Made by a program: the position numbers and the translations under genes
Shown: one piece after another, positions 1-9,755 of the stretch
How the letters are laid out: every line of letters starts with the position of its first letter
How positions within the stretch are numbered: the stretch's first letter is position 1
Assembly (NCBI GenBank): GCA_023379125.1
Contig: JAMCSY010000011.1
Span: 5,333 to 69,332, forward strand
From: Patescibacteria group bacterium
GTDB lineage: Bacteria; Patescibacteriota; Microgenomatia; Daviesbacterales; UBA10151
Direction: 5' to 3'
Length of the DNA: 64,000 nt
The notes under the pieces: model-generated
Told to the model about the DNA's origin: nothing
The model's database searches: none
What the model saw: the letters and a program-made list of their open reading frames with translations, nothing else

Positions 1-212
1 GCTCGAGTTTTGAGTCTCCACCACCAAGCATTGGGGTGACATTGGTATAGCGCGTGTAGCTGATTAGCAGATTTTTGAACTTCTTTTATCAGCTTTTGGT
101 ACTCAGCTGGCTGTCTGGCAGCCAGCTCCTCTACAAAACTATCTGAAATTGCACACGTTTTGGGAGTATCTACTCTGACATATAAACCTGGACTTACTTC
201 TCTAATCAACAT
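1..212 (-). CDS. Hypothetical protein, partial (runs off the window edge)
   Basis: Hand translation from ATG at 212: MLIREVSPGLYVRVDTPKTCAISDSFVEELAARQPAEYQKLIKEVQKSANQLHALYQCHPNAWWWRLKTR, no stop before position 1. Confidence 0.5.
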   Translation of the reverse strand, partial: MLIREVSPGLYVRVDTPKTCAISDSFVEELAARQPAEYQKLIKEVQKSANQLHALYQCHPNAWWWRLKTR

Positions 213-324
213 ATCCGATAACTTTAAATCTCACACGAACACTGATGTCTGATAAGTTTATCACTCCTTTTGCTTTTCAACAATCTGGCTTTAGCAAAAA
301 TCTCATGTTAGAATTGACCATGGG

Positions 325-1389
325 ATGCAAAGCTTCTTGCTTACAGAAATGGAAAATAAATTAAACGAGCTAAAGGCAGACCATTTGCAACAAATTAAAA
401 GAGCCCAAACTCTTCAGGAGTTGGATGATATTTTTCTAAAGTTATTTGGCAAAAATGGCCAGATTACTCTAGTCCCTAAGGACTTTCCTAGTTTACCTAA
501 AGAGGAGTTGAAAACTATCGCTCCTTTATTTAACCAAGTCAAAAATAACTTAGAACAAGCAATCAAGGAACAGCGATCAGCAGTAAGAGAAAAAAGTTAT
601 CAAAAATTAAACGAGGAAGCTTTGGACATTCAACCAGTAGCCTTGCAGCAAAGGTCGGGTTTTATACACCCAGTGATCAAAATAGAAAATGAGATCATTG
701 AGTTGTTTGAAAAACTTGGCTTTTTTAGATTTGAAGCTCCGCAAATTGATTCAGATCAGTATAACTTTGAGTTGCTAAATATACCTGCGGGCCACCCAGC
801 TCGGGATTTATGGGATACTTTATATATTGACTCACAAAAATACGGCATCAATCCTGGACAACTGCTTTTAAGAACACACACCTCTAATGCCCAAGTCAGA
901 GTGATGGAAAAAGTTAAACCTCCTTTTCGAGCCATGATTATCGATCGTTGTTTTCGCTACGAAAATATTGATCCGCGGCATGAACACACTTTGGAGCAAT
1001 TTGAAGTGGTCTTAGTGGAAAAGGGCTTAAGTATGGCTAACTTACAATATCTATCCGAATACTTCCTAAAGAATATTTTTGGCCAAGATATTAAAGTCAG
1101 GATGAGACCTAAATATTACCCCTTTGTGGAGCCAGGAGTAGGTGTAGATGGGGAGTGTATTTTTTGCTATGGAAAAGGCTGTAAAATTTGTGGCGAAGGT
1201 TGGTTAGAACTAGCCGGTGCTGGCATGATCCATCCAAAAGTTCTAAAAAATGGTGGCATTAATCCTCAAGAGTTTTCTGGTATTGCCTGGGGTTTTGGTC
1301 CAGAAAGAATGGCTATGCTCAAATATGGTCTTGCTGATATTAGGATATTTAATAGTGGCAATTTAACTGAATTGGAGAAAATTAAATAA
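325..1389 (+). CDS. pheS: Phenylalanyl-tRNA synthetase alpha subunit
   Basis: HPARDLWDT, LLRTHTS, YYPFVEP and GIAWGFGPER motifs; alternative start at 349. Confidence 0.97.
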   Translation: MQSFLLTEMENKLNELKADHLQQIKRAQTLQELDDIFLKLFGKNGQITLVPKDFPSLPKEELKTIAPLFNQVKNNLEQAIKEQRSAVREKSYQKLNEEALDIQPVALQQRSGFIHPVIKIENEIIELFEKLGFFRFEAPQIDSDQYNFELLNIPAGHPARDLWDTLYIDSQKYGINPGQLLLRTHTSNAQVRVMEKVKPPFRAMIIDRCFRYENIDPRHEHTLEQFEVVLVEKGLSMANLQYLSEYFLKNIFGQDIKVRMRPKYYPFVEPGVGVDGECIFCYGKGCKICGEGWLELAGAGMIHPKVLKNGGINPQEFSGIAWGFGPERMAMLKYGLADIRIFNSGNLTELEKIK

Positions 1390-3074
1390 TGAAAGTTTCT
1401 ATTAGCTGGTTAAAGGAATTGGTCAAACTTGATAACTCTATCCAGCAAGTTGAGCACCTACTACCCTTAAGAACTATTGGAACCAAAGAAATCGACGAGA
1501 ATTTTTTTGAGCTGGATATGAAAGGCTATAACCGCAGTGATCTACTGTCCATGCGTGGAGTTGCTTATGAAATCGCCGCTATCACCGATGCCACAGTTAC
1601 CTTTAGCGAGACTTTGGACCAAGATTTTATCTGGTCAAACAAAAATTTACCACAAGTTAATGTTGAGGTTTTAGACCCTGACTTAGTCCCTGTCTACGCC
1701 ATTGCCAAGATTGAGGGTCTTGAGGTACAAAACACTCCATCCAATTCAGACTCCGCTAAACAACTTACAGATTGTGGAATGAGGGCAATTAATAATGTGG
1801 TAGATGTGACAAATCTAGTGATGCTGGAATATGGCCAACCTTTACATGCTTTTGATGCTAAGTCAGTCCAGGATGAAAAAATTATTGTCCGTCTAGCCCA
1901 TCCTCAAGAAAAATTGACTACCCTTGATCATAAAGAAAGAGTCCTGGAAAAAACTGATCTTTTGATTTGTGACCCAGCTAAAGCTTTGGGAGTAGCAGGA
2001 GTGATGGGGGGAGCAAATAGTGAGATTTCAGATTCACCATGCACAATTTTGCTTGAGGCAGCCATTTTTGATCCAGTGAAGATTAGGCAAACCTCGCAAA
2101 GACTTGGCCTACCATCTGAAGCCAGCAAAAGATTTCAGCATGGTTTAACTAAAACCAGATTACTTCAAGCTTTAGATGAAGCTATTAGGCAATATCAGGA
2201 TCTAGGTGGTAGACTGACTGCTTTAGCCATTGTTTCTAATTATGAGGACCAGGTTAAACAAGTACATTTGTCCCAGGCAAAAACTAACTCTCTAATTGGA
2301 GTAGTCATAACCAGTCAGCAGATCGAAGATTATTTAGCAAAATTACATTTTAAACTAAAAGTAACTTCAGCAGGTAATTGGGAAGTTAATGTACCTTATT
2401 GGAGATTAGATATCGAGATCGAGGAGGATTTAGTTGAGGAGGTAGCCAGAATGTATGGGTATGAAAATATTCCAGCTCAGCATCTACCTAATTTAAAACT
2501 TAACACTTTAGATCAGACTGATTTAAGAAAAATTGATCAGCTAAAACAAGAGACTGTGACACAGGGTTTAACAGAAATTATGACTTATTCATATTTTACC
2601 AGTGAGGTAATTAATAATCTCCACATTAATCAAGACAGTTTGGTCAAAATTGCTAACCCCATGTCTGCCCAAACAGAATATTTAAGAACAAGACTTTGGC
2701 CAAATTTATTGGAAAAAGCTGCAGAAAATTTAAAAGAAAGAGACAGTTTAGCCATTTTTGAAATTGGTAAAACATACCATCCACAAAACCAGGGTGTACC
2801 CAAAGAGAAAAAAACTTTAGGGATTTTACTGGTTAACCAAACAAATAACCCCTTGGCTGAACTAATCACCATTATCAAACAAATTCCCAGCTTAGTTGAT
2901 CTTACGGTTGAGCAGATTAGTGCAGATAAGAATTTTCATCCCCAGCGCTACTTACAAATTAAAAATAATAGGGGAGAGGTGATTGGTCTGGCTGGAGAAA
3001 TTCATCCCAGAGTAGTTAATCAGTTTGGAGCTGAAAAACGAATTGCAATTATGGAAATTTCTTTAGATGATTAA
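1389..3074 (+). CDS. pheT: Phenylalanyl-tRNA synthetase beta subunit (shortened, 561 aa)
   Basis: MKVSISWLKE start, NNVVDVTNLVMLEYGQPLHAFD, DLVEEVARMYGYENI; coupled to pheS. Confidence 0.95.
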   Translation: MKVSISWLKELVKLDNSIQQVEHLLPLRTIGTKEIDENFFELDMKGYNRSDLLSMRGVAYEIAAITDATVTFSETLDQDFIWSNKNLPQVNVEVLDPDLVPVYAIAKIEGLEVQNTPSNSDSAKQLTDCGMRAINNVVDVTNLVMLEYGQPLHAFDAKSVQDEKIIVRLAHPQEKLTTLDHKERVLEKTDLLICDPAKALGVAGVMGGANSEISDSPCTILLEAAIFDPVKIRQTSQRLGLPSEASKRFQHGLTKTRLLQALDEAIRQYQDLGGRLTALAIVSNYEDQVKQVHLSQAKTNSLIGVVITSQQIEDYLAKLHFKLKVTSAGNWEVNVPYWRLDIEIEEDLVEEVARMYGYENIPAQHLPNLKLNTLDQTDLRKIDQLKQETVTQGLTEIMTYSYFTSEVINNLHINQDSLVKIANPMSAQTEYLRTRLWPNLLEKAAENLKERDSLAIFEIGKTYHPQNQGVPKEKKTLGILLVNQTNNPLAELITIIKQIPSLVDLTVEQISADKNFHPQRYLQIKNNRGEVIGLAGEIHPRVVNQFGAEKRIAIMEISLDD

Positions 3075-3514
3075 CTAGCCTTTCGAACTGGATCAGAGCT
3101 ACTAGAGCCTTGAGAATCTTCCTGAAAAGCTTTGCCTGATAAAACCGGGTCCAGAATATCATCAAGCTTTCTTCGGTCAGTTACTTCTCTAAATCCATGA
3201 CGTCCAACTCTGACAGTTTTTTTACTAGTCTCTTGTGTAATTTCATCATAAATCTCTTTATGGTCAGACTCTAGTCGATCGTAGAATCCACTAAGTGCTT
3301 CTTTGTATTCCGCTTCAGTTCTCAATTTACCTGTTACATACCTGGCTGCAATATTCTGTAGTTGTAAGAATGCTACTTGTCTTGCAGTTAGCTCTCCGCT
3401 TTCTATTTTCTGCAAGTTACTATTAATGAATCTGCGAGCCAATACTACTCTTTCATCGTCGGACCCAGTAATTATTGTAGAATCCATGGGGTGTGACTTT
3501 GCTTCTGGGCTCAT
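3071..3514 (-). CDS. Hypothetical protein
   Basis: 147-aa ORF filling the gap, TATAAT 10 nt upstream of ATG; no family recognised. Confidence 0.6.
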   Translation of the reverse strand: MSPEAKSHPMDSTIITGSDDERVVLARRFINSNLQKIESGELTARQVAFLQLQNIAARYVTGKLRTEAEYKEALSGFYDRLESDHKEIYDEITQETSKKTVRVGRHGFREVTDRRKLDDILDPVLSGKAFQEDSQGSSSSDPVRKAS

Positions 3515-3595
3515 AGTTTGGATAATTATACTACCTTAAATTTAGTTGTCAATTAAAATTTTGTAAGAAACTATCAACAGTCCAGATAACGATTT

Positions 3596-3746
3596 TTATA
3601 AGCTTGCGCAGACTAAAAACCTGCGGTTTTCTCAGCTTATTCAAGCTTTCAACCGCTTCATCACTAATTCAGCAAAAAGCTTGAAACCTTGCTTCGTCTA
3701 CATCACCTGCACTAAAAAGTGTGGGGTTTTAACGAAGCGGTTATAA
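3596..3746 (+). mobile_element. Structured repeat family A, copy 1 (diverged); probable non-autonomous IS200/IS605-type element
   Basis: Aligns by eye with 11576-11721 and 47102-47244; TTATAA at both ends; hairpins near both ends; ends ACGAAGCGGTTATAA. Confidence 0.7.
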
Positions 3747-6299
3747 AGCCACTGTTACTCCAATCGAGGTTGTAAATGTTGCTCCAACATTATCTTCTAG
3801 AGTTGCTGAAATGGTGTGTGAACTATGGTCTCCCTGAGGAAATTCAATATGCAAAGCATAAGGTTCAGCTGTTTGCGTTGATTTTTGAGCTCCGTCAACT
3901 GTCCAAGTTACTTTTTTCACCCCGTTGGGAGAATTGACTGAGGCCAGCACGTCAAAAACCCTGGGGACATTGGCACCATTACCTACATTCACAATCTGAA
4001 TTGCTCCACCACTACCAGCGGAAAAACCTGGAATATTTGAACAACCCATTCCCATACCTACAAACAGCGGATTTGCTGCTGTTAACACCCATTGATCGAT
4101 TCCTGCTTGCCAAGTGTTAGCTCCAGTTGGATCGTTCTCTTGGAGCACAATCACATCCTTTTGATCTCCAGGTTCACCATCTCCAGCTAGACGATGAGGA
4201 TTATTTTGGCAAACTTTTTTGTTTTGATAGGCAGGAGACTGAGCAGTTGGTTCGGTACCTTTAATAAAATATTCCTTGCGAGTAGGTGATCCATCATGCG
4301 GTAATCCTCCCATTAATCCGTCAATATCCATTGATACCACATCATCAGGTTGGTTAAACTGCTCGTCTGGTTTACCATCCAGCACAGCTGTCATAATATC
4401 ATGCCAGATTGGAGATGCCCCAGTGATACCGGAAGAAATCTGCTGATTCATTGGCTCATTATCATTATTACCCACCCAAACTCCAACTACATAAGAGGGA
4501 GTATAACCAAAGGCCCAATTGTCTTTTTTCTCATCAGTAGTCCCAGTCTTGGCAGCCACGGTGTGATTTTTAATTACCAACACTGAATTAGGACCAAACT
4601 CAGCTGTTCTGGCACCATTATCAGACAATATATTAGAAATAATATAGGTAATACCAGAATCCAAAATTTTCTGTCCCAGGGAGGGTTTATATTCATAAAG
4701 CACTTTGCCACTAGCATCAGTTACCTTCAAAATGGAGATAGGATCTTGCTTGACACCTTGGTCGGCCAATACTTGATAAACAGAGACCAAATCCAATAGC
4801 TTGACCTCTCTACCTCCCAGTGTCAAAGACAAACCCACTTGATTGACAGTTTGATCAGTCGGCTCCCAGGTTGACAAACCCATTCGATAACCTAAGTCCA
4901 GATCATCTTTGATTCCCACCATCGCTAACATCTTGACTGCAGGGATATTAAAGGAGTTAGCTAGAGCATAACGCACTTGGACTGGACCATGGAATTGCCC
5001 ATCATAATTAACCGGTACATAAGCGGGATTACCTGCCCCCCCAGGAAATTCAGTTTTGACATCCATTAGAACTGTGGCGGCAGTATAACCTTTTTCTAAA
5101 GCTAGAGAGTAGGTGATTGGTTTGGTTGCCGAACCAGGTTGCCTTTCGTTAATGGCCACATTAACATTAGGTTCAAAAGTACAAGAAACTCCTTCTGTAC
5201 AACCAGCTGGCTCTGATTGACCAAAATAGTCTTTTGAACCAACCATGGATAAAATTTCTCCAGTTTTTGCATCAAGTACCACAGCAGCACCATTACCAAC
5301 ATCATATTTAGTCAAGCCATCAATTTGATCTTTGACTATTTGCTCAGCCTTTTGCTGAATTCCATAATCAAGGGTAGTAGTCACCTTTAAGCCACCTTGT
5401 TCCACCATCTTGTCCCCAAACTGCTCAATTAGTTTCTGCTTAACATACAGCACAAAATGAGGAGCTTTAAAGCCTAGCTCGTTTTGTGAAGTACGATATG
5501 TTAGTTGTTCATTATAAGCATCATCTGCTTGCTTTTGTGTGATATAGCCATTGGCTACCATTGCACTTAGCACCTCTTTTTGCCTCACCTTGGCCAGCTC
5601 TGGATGTGTTCCATATGGAGAATAAACAGACGGCAACTGAGGTAGACCAGCTAGTAAAGAAGATTGAGCTAAATCTAAATCTTTGGCATGAATACCAAAA
5701 TAGAGATTAGCTGCTGCTTCAATACCATAGGCTGTTCCACCATAAGGAATCTCGTTAAGGTACATTTCCAAAATTTGATCTTTACTGTAAACTCGTTCTA
5801 CTTGGATAGCTAAGATAAACTCTTTAATCTTGCGCACTAAAGTCTGTTCATTACCCAGTAAGGCATTTTTGACAAGTTGTTGAGTCAGTGTGGAGCCACC
5901 ACCTTCAACTTGACGATGTAACACTAAATCAAATAAAGCACGAGCTATGCCGGTAATTGAAAATCCACCATGCTGGTAAAAGTTTTTGTCCTCGATGGCA
6001 ATTGTTGCCTGTTTAATGCTATCTGGCATATCAGCTAACTTAACTGGAGTTCGATTCTGATTTTGGAAAATATCGTACAGCAGCTCACCATTACGATCGT
6101 AGATTTTTGTGGACTGTGCTACATTGCGATTACTTAATTGATCAGGGGAGGGAACTTGAGTAGCAAAATAAACTATCCCCGCAATAGTTATCAGAATAAT
6201 GCCTAAAATTAATACCAAGATTACTGTGGAAAGTTTGGACAAAATTTTAGCTTTATCCAAAGAGTGATCAGATATCCGTCTGAGTCTGCGAAAAGGCAT
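3741..6299 (-). CDS. Class A penicillin-binding protein (transglycosylase/transpeptidase) with C-terminal Ig-like domain
   Basis: IEDKNFYQHGG, GGSTLTQQLVKN, RKIKE, QPGSATKP (SxxK), SFN, KTGT; probable start ATG at 6299. Confidence 0.93.
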   Translation of the reverse strand: MPFRRLRRISDHSLDKAKILSKLSTVILVLILGIILITIAGIVYFATQVPSPDQLSNRNVAQSTKIYDRNGELLYDIFQNQNRTPVKLADMPDSIKQATIAIEDKNFYQHGGFSITGIARALFDLVLHRQVEGGGSTLTQQLVKNALLGNEQTLVRKIKEFILAIQVERVYSKDQILEMYLNEIPYGGTAYGIEAAANLYFGIHAKDLDLAQSSLLAGLPQLPSVYSPYGTHPELAKVRQKEVLSAMVANGYITQKQADDAYNEQLTYRTSQNELGFKAPHFVLYVKQKLIEQFGDKMVEQGGLKVTTTLDYGIQQKAEQIVKDQIDGLTKYDVGNGAAVVLDAKTGEILSMVGSKDYFGQSEPAGCTEGVSCTFEPNVNVAINERQPGSATKPITYSLALEKGYTAATVLMDVKTEFPGGAGNPAYVPVNYDGQFHGPVQVRYALANSFNIPAVKMLAMVGIKDDLDLGYRMGLSTWEPTDQTVNQVGLSLTLGGREVKLLDLVSVYQVLADQGVKQDPISILKVTDASGKVLYEYKPSLGQKILDSGITYIISNILSDNGARTAEFGPNSVLVIKNHTVAAKTGTTDEKKDNWAFGYTPSYVVGVWVGNNDNEPMNQQISSGITGASPIWHDIMTAVLDGKPDEQFNQPDDVVSMDIDGLMGGLPHDGSPTRKEYFIKGTEPTAQSPAYQNKKVCQNNPHRLAGDGEPGDQKDVIVLQENDPTGANTWQAGIDQWVLTAANPLFVGMGMGCSNIPGFSAGSGGAIQIVNVGNGANVPRVFDVLASVNSPNGVKKVTWTVDGAQKSTQTAEPYALHIEFPQGDHSSHTISATLEDNVGATFTTSIGVTVAL

Positions 6300-6393
6300 A
6301 TCACCACTTAGTATAGCAGCAAGAAGGTTCAGCCTCAAGTAAAACTATGATCTAGCTATAAATAGAAAAACTATCTTTGCCCAATAGAGTGAC

Positions 6394-7068
6394 TCAAGGT
6401 CGTTGAAAGATCGCTACAAACATTGGAATCTTTCTGATTGCTCCTTCAATGACATCAGAGCCCGCTTGCTCTTGTAGACTAATTAATTTGAATCGTTTAT
6501 ATACAGTTAACAACTCATCTTTGGAATATTGTTTTTCAAACTCACCGGTTCGTGGGAAAATACAGCTGTTTGGTTCAGGCCCAGGACTAGTTCTGACAAG
6601 ATCTGTCGTCCCAACTCCATAAAAAAGATAACAACCACCCGGCAGAAGTTTTGTATAAGATTGTTCAATAACCTGTGATCTACCGGGTTGGGGAATACAA
6701 ATTGTTACATTACTGTCAATGATTGCTTGGAAGCTATGTTCTGCAAAAGGCCATTTGTTAGTTATGTCCAGTTGAACAAAAGTTACCTGAGCATTTGCCA
6801 AAGCAGCTCTTTGTCTGGCTACTGATAAACTACCTTCTTCAATAAAATCCACACCTGTTACTTGAAATCCTAACATAGCCAAACCAATACTATTTCTGCC
6901 TTTACCACAGCCTAAGTCAAGAACATGAGTTTTCTCTGGCATAAATCCCTGAGCAATTAAGAAATTAGCAAACTCTACAACACAATTTGAAGGTGTTTCT
7001 GAATGGATCTTAGTAAAAGTACCTCCAGCAGTATGTTCTTCCTGCCAAACTTCTTTTTGGGGCCTCAT
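6394..7068 (-). CDS. Class I SAM-dependent methyltransferase
   Basis: VLDLGCGKGRN motif I, VTGVDF, LLPGG. Confidence 0.85.
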   Translation of the reverse strand: MRPQKEVWQEEHTAGGTFTKIHSETPSNCVVEFANFLIAQGFMPEKTHVLDLGCGKGRNSIGLAMLGFQVTGVDFIEEGSLSVARQRAALANAQVTFVQLDITNKWPFAEHSFQAIIDSNVTICIPQPGRSQVIEQSYTKLLPGGCYLFYGVGTTDLVRTSPGPEPNSCIFPRTGEFEKQYSKDELLTVYKRFKLISLQEQAGSDVIEGAIRKIPMFVAIFQRP

Positions 7069-7110
7069 GGCAGAAATTATACTACGAGATTAGTTTTGGA
7101 TAATTTATTG

Positions 7111-7183
7111 TCCTGAGGGTAGGAGTTGAACCTACTTAAAACGGTTTTACAGACCGTCGCCTCAGCCGTTCAGCCACCTCAGG
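7111..7183 (-). tRNA. tRNA-Tyr(GTA), archaeal/eukaryal-type identity
   Basis: Cloverleaf: acceptor CCTGAGG/CCTCAGG, anticodon arm ACGGT-CTGTAAA-ACCGT, 5-nt variable loop TTTAA, T arm GTAGG-TTCAACT-CCTAC, discriminator A, CCA not encoded. Confidence 0.95.
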
Positions 7184-7331
7184 TATCTTCACAATTTTAG
7201 GATCTCTGATCGCAAAAGGCAAGCCTAGTGCTAGTCAATAACAATCTCCCATACTTACCAATTTCATACATAGACTCAATTGACTCGCAAGAGGATATCT
7301 CATACTATTTAAGAGGAAGCTAAATCTGCTC

Positions 7332-8423
7332 ATGGACTTCAGAAAAATCTTTAATTCTCCGGTGCAATTAGAAAGTGGTTTTACCCTTGTTGAATTACTC
7401 ACAGTCATTACAATCATTGCTGTTTTAGGAATTGCAGGAGCACTGGTTTATAACTCAACTCAACAGAAGGTTAGAGATGCCAAACGAGCCTCTGAGATCA
7501 AAACAATTGCCTCAGCTGTAGCCACTTCTAAAAATTTCACAACCAATTCTTATCTTTATGCGGCCACTGACGAAAATAAAGATTTCCAAAGTGGAGTACC
7601 TGATGACCCTAATGCCTCTCGACATTACTGTATGTCAGTTAGCACTACCAATTTTGACCCTCCGAGTGTTTGTGGTAGTAACTGGAGTACTGGCTGCCCA
7701 ACCACATCTCAGTGTGGTGGAGCAACTTATGTTGATTTACCAACTGCTCTAAATAGTCTGGCAAAAACTAGCCCAGCAGTTTTATCCTGGACTATTTGTG
7801 CCTCTTTGGAAAATAGTAGTACTCCTTATTGTTTAAGCAACTATACCCTGGGAGGGGATGATCTAAAACCTGTCATTTACCTCTATCCTCCACAAGAAGA
7901 AAATATCACAGTTAAACTAAACTATTTAGGAGCGATCGTCACTAGCACACCGCTTTACGATACTGCTATTCCCGGTTGGTCAGTTAAAGCTACTCCTGAT
8001 GGTAAAATTACTGATCCAGTAACAGGTAAAAGTTATCAGTACATTTATTGGGAAGGCAAGCCTTTAAGCACAAGTTATGATTTGACAACAGGTTTTGTAG
8101 TTCCAGGCAATGAGTCTGCTCAATTTCTAACTGACGAACTACGTAAAATAGGTTTAAATGATGATGAGTCGCAGGAGTTTATGTCTTTTTGGTTACCAAG
8201 GATTCAGGGCAATAAGTATAATCTGATTCATTTTGCTTCAACTGAATATACCAGTCGTGCCCAGTTGAATGTTGAACCACAACCAGAAAGCCTACTCAGA
8301 GTCTTTATGGTTATCAAACCATTAGAACAAACTTCTACCATTACTCCCCAGACATTTACCAAGTTTCAAAGAAAAGGTTTCACCGTGGTAGAATGGGGAG
8401 GCACGATAGTTTCACCATTTTAA
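7332..8423 (+). CDS. Type IV pilin-like protein fused to a C-terminal uncharacterised domain (KPVIYLYP...VVEWGG)
   Basis: G|FTLVELL prepilin motif, Cys-rich pilin head, then ~185-aa domain bounded by KPVIYLYP and GFTVVEWGG. Confidence 0.8.
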   Translation: MDFRKIFNSPVQLESGFTLVELLTVITIIAVLGIAGALVYNSTQQKVRDAKRASEIKTIASAVATSKNFTTNSYLYAATDENKDFQSGVPDDPNASRHYCMSVSTTNFDPPSVCGSNWSTGCPTTSQCGGATYVDLPTALNSLAKTSPAVLSWTICASLENSSTPYCLSNYTLGGDDLKPVIYLYPPQEENITVKLNYLGAIVTSTPLYDTAIPGWSVKATPDGKITDPVTGKSYQYIYWEGKPLSTSYDLTTGFVVPGNESAQFLTDELRKIGLNDDESQEFMSFWLPRIQGNKYNLIHFASTEYTSRAQLNVEPQPESLLRVFMVIKPLEQTSTITPQTFTKFQRKGFTVVEWGGTIVSPF

Positions 8424-8447
8424 CTGCGGGTGCTATGATATTTTGGC

Positions 8448-9755
8448 ATGACTGACAGCCCGGATACTCAAGAAAACAATTCTCAAAAACGTATTACTAC
8501 AACTCGTCGAAAATTGTTAGTTGCGACAGCAGCTGCTACACCGACTCTTTTGGCTGCTGGTAATTTAGTGAAAGCTTTTGTCCAGGAGGCAAATAAAGCA
8601 AATACTCCGTATAAAGCACCAACAAAAAATCCTCCCACTGCCACGCCAGCTACTCATACTCAATCAGAAAGAGTGATTGCAACAACCCCAACTGTCTCTG
8701 CTAATATTACAGAAAAAGCACCTATGGAGAATCCCTTGCAGCAGGTGCTTAAATTGCCTCTAGAATCTAGTGAGAGACAAAGCGCAGAGGCAGATATTGT
8801 GACCAAGGCGCAAAGCTTGCAGCAAATCGATCAAGCTTTGTGGGTTGTTAATAATATGAATTTAAGAGCTCAATTAATCGAAAAAAGGTATCAACTAAGA
8901 TCACAACGCAAGGATAATCTAAAACCTCTAAATCAAGCAGAAACTAAATGGGCCCTAGACCACGAACTTCACCCAGAAGATATTGCAATTGCCCAAGAAG
9001 CCTACACTAAGGCCAGCACAATTATTGCCAACTTACTGACTGATAAAAGTCACCCTTTTCGGCCTGACATTGATCTACAAATCCAAAGAGGCAGACTACC
9101 TCAATCTTCTCAACAACTCCTCTTAGCCCAACAAATGATGATCAATAGTGGTGGTATGGCTACTTTGTTATCCACAGAAACTGGAGTGGGCAAACAATTC
9201 CAGATTCACAAAGCAGGAGAAAGTAGGATTGTTTCCGTGGCTTTAAGCAATATTGGCCAAACTCCAGCCATCCAGGTAAACAAGCTTTATAGTGAAGAGA
9301 AAAAGCAATCTCAATATCAACAAATGGCTGATATTTTTCAGCACACCACAGGTTTAGTAATTTCATCTGAGCAAATTCCTGGATCTGGAGGTCAAGCTCC
9401 TGGGGACATAAGTGGGGGAGCAGTTTCCGTGCAAATGTTACCAGACTCGATATTGGATATTGAGCAAGATGTTTACCGGGCTACTGGAAAATACTTGAAT
9501 TGGGCAGACCCAGTAGAGAGTGTGGCTCTGGCTTATATTTTCTTAGCCAAGGGCTGGTTGGTTGGACAAGGAGCTCGCTTTGGGTATTGGCGGGGGACAG
9601 TCATAGACCCAAAACAGGGTAACGATGTGGCAGAGGCAATGCGTCAAGATGCTCTAGCTAAGTGGAATCAAGATCAACAGCAACAAAAGAAAATACTCGA
9701 CGCTGCAAATAGCTACTATGCGAAGATTATCGCACTTAATATTTCTAGTTACTGA
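8448..9755 (+). CDS. Exported protein, possible divergent lytic transglycosylase (SLT/lysozyme-like)
   Basis: TRRKLL plus hydrophobic N-terminus, Pro/Thr linker, ordered motifs LSTETG, GAVSVQMLPDS, DPVESVALAYIFL, ALAKWN. Confidence 0.5.
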   Translation: MTDSPDTQENNSQKRITTTRRKLLVATAAATPTLLAAGNLVKAFVQEANKANTPYKAPTKNPPTATPATHTQSERVIATTPTVSANITEKAPMENPLQQVLKLPLESSERQSAEADIVTKAQSLQQIDQALWVVNNMNLRAQLIEKRYQLRSQRKDNLKPLNQAETKWALDHELHPEDIAIAQEAYTKASTIIANLLTDKSHPFRPDIDLQIQRGRLPQSSQQLLLAQQMMINSGGMATLLSTETGVGKQFQIHKAGESRIVSVALSNIGQTPAIQVNKLYSEEKKQSQYQQMADIFQHTTGLVISSEQIPGSGGQAPGDISGGAVSVQMLPDSILDIEQDVYRATGKYLNWADPVESVALAYIFLAKGWLVGQGARFGYWRGTVIDPKQGNDVAEAMRQDALAKWNQDQQQQKKILDAANSYYAKIIALNISSY

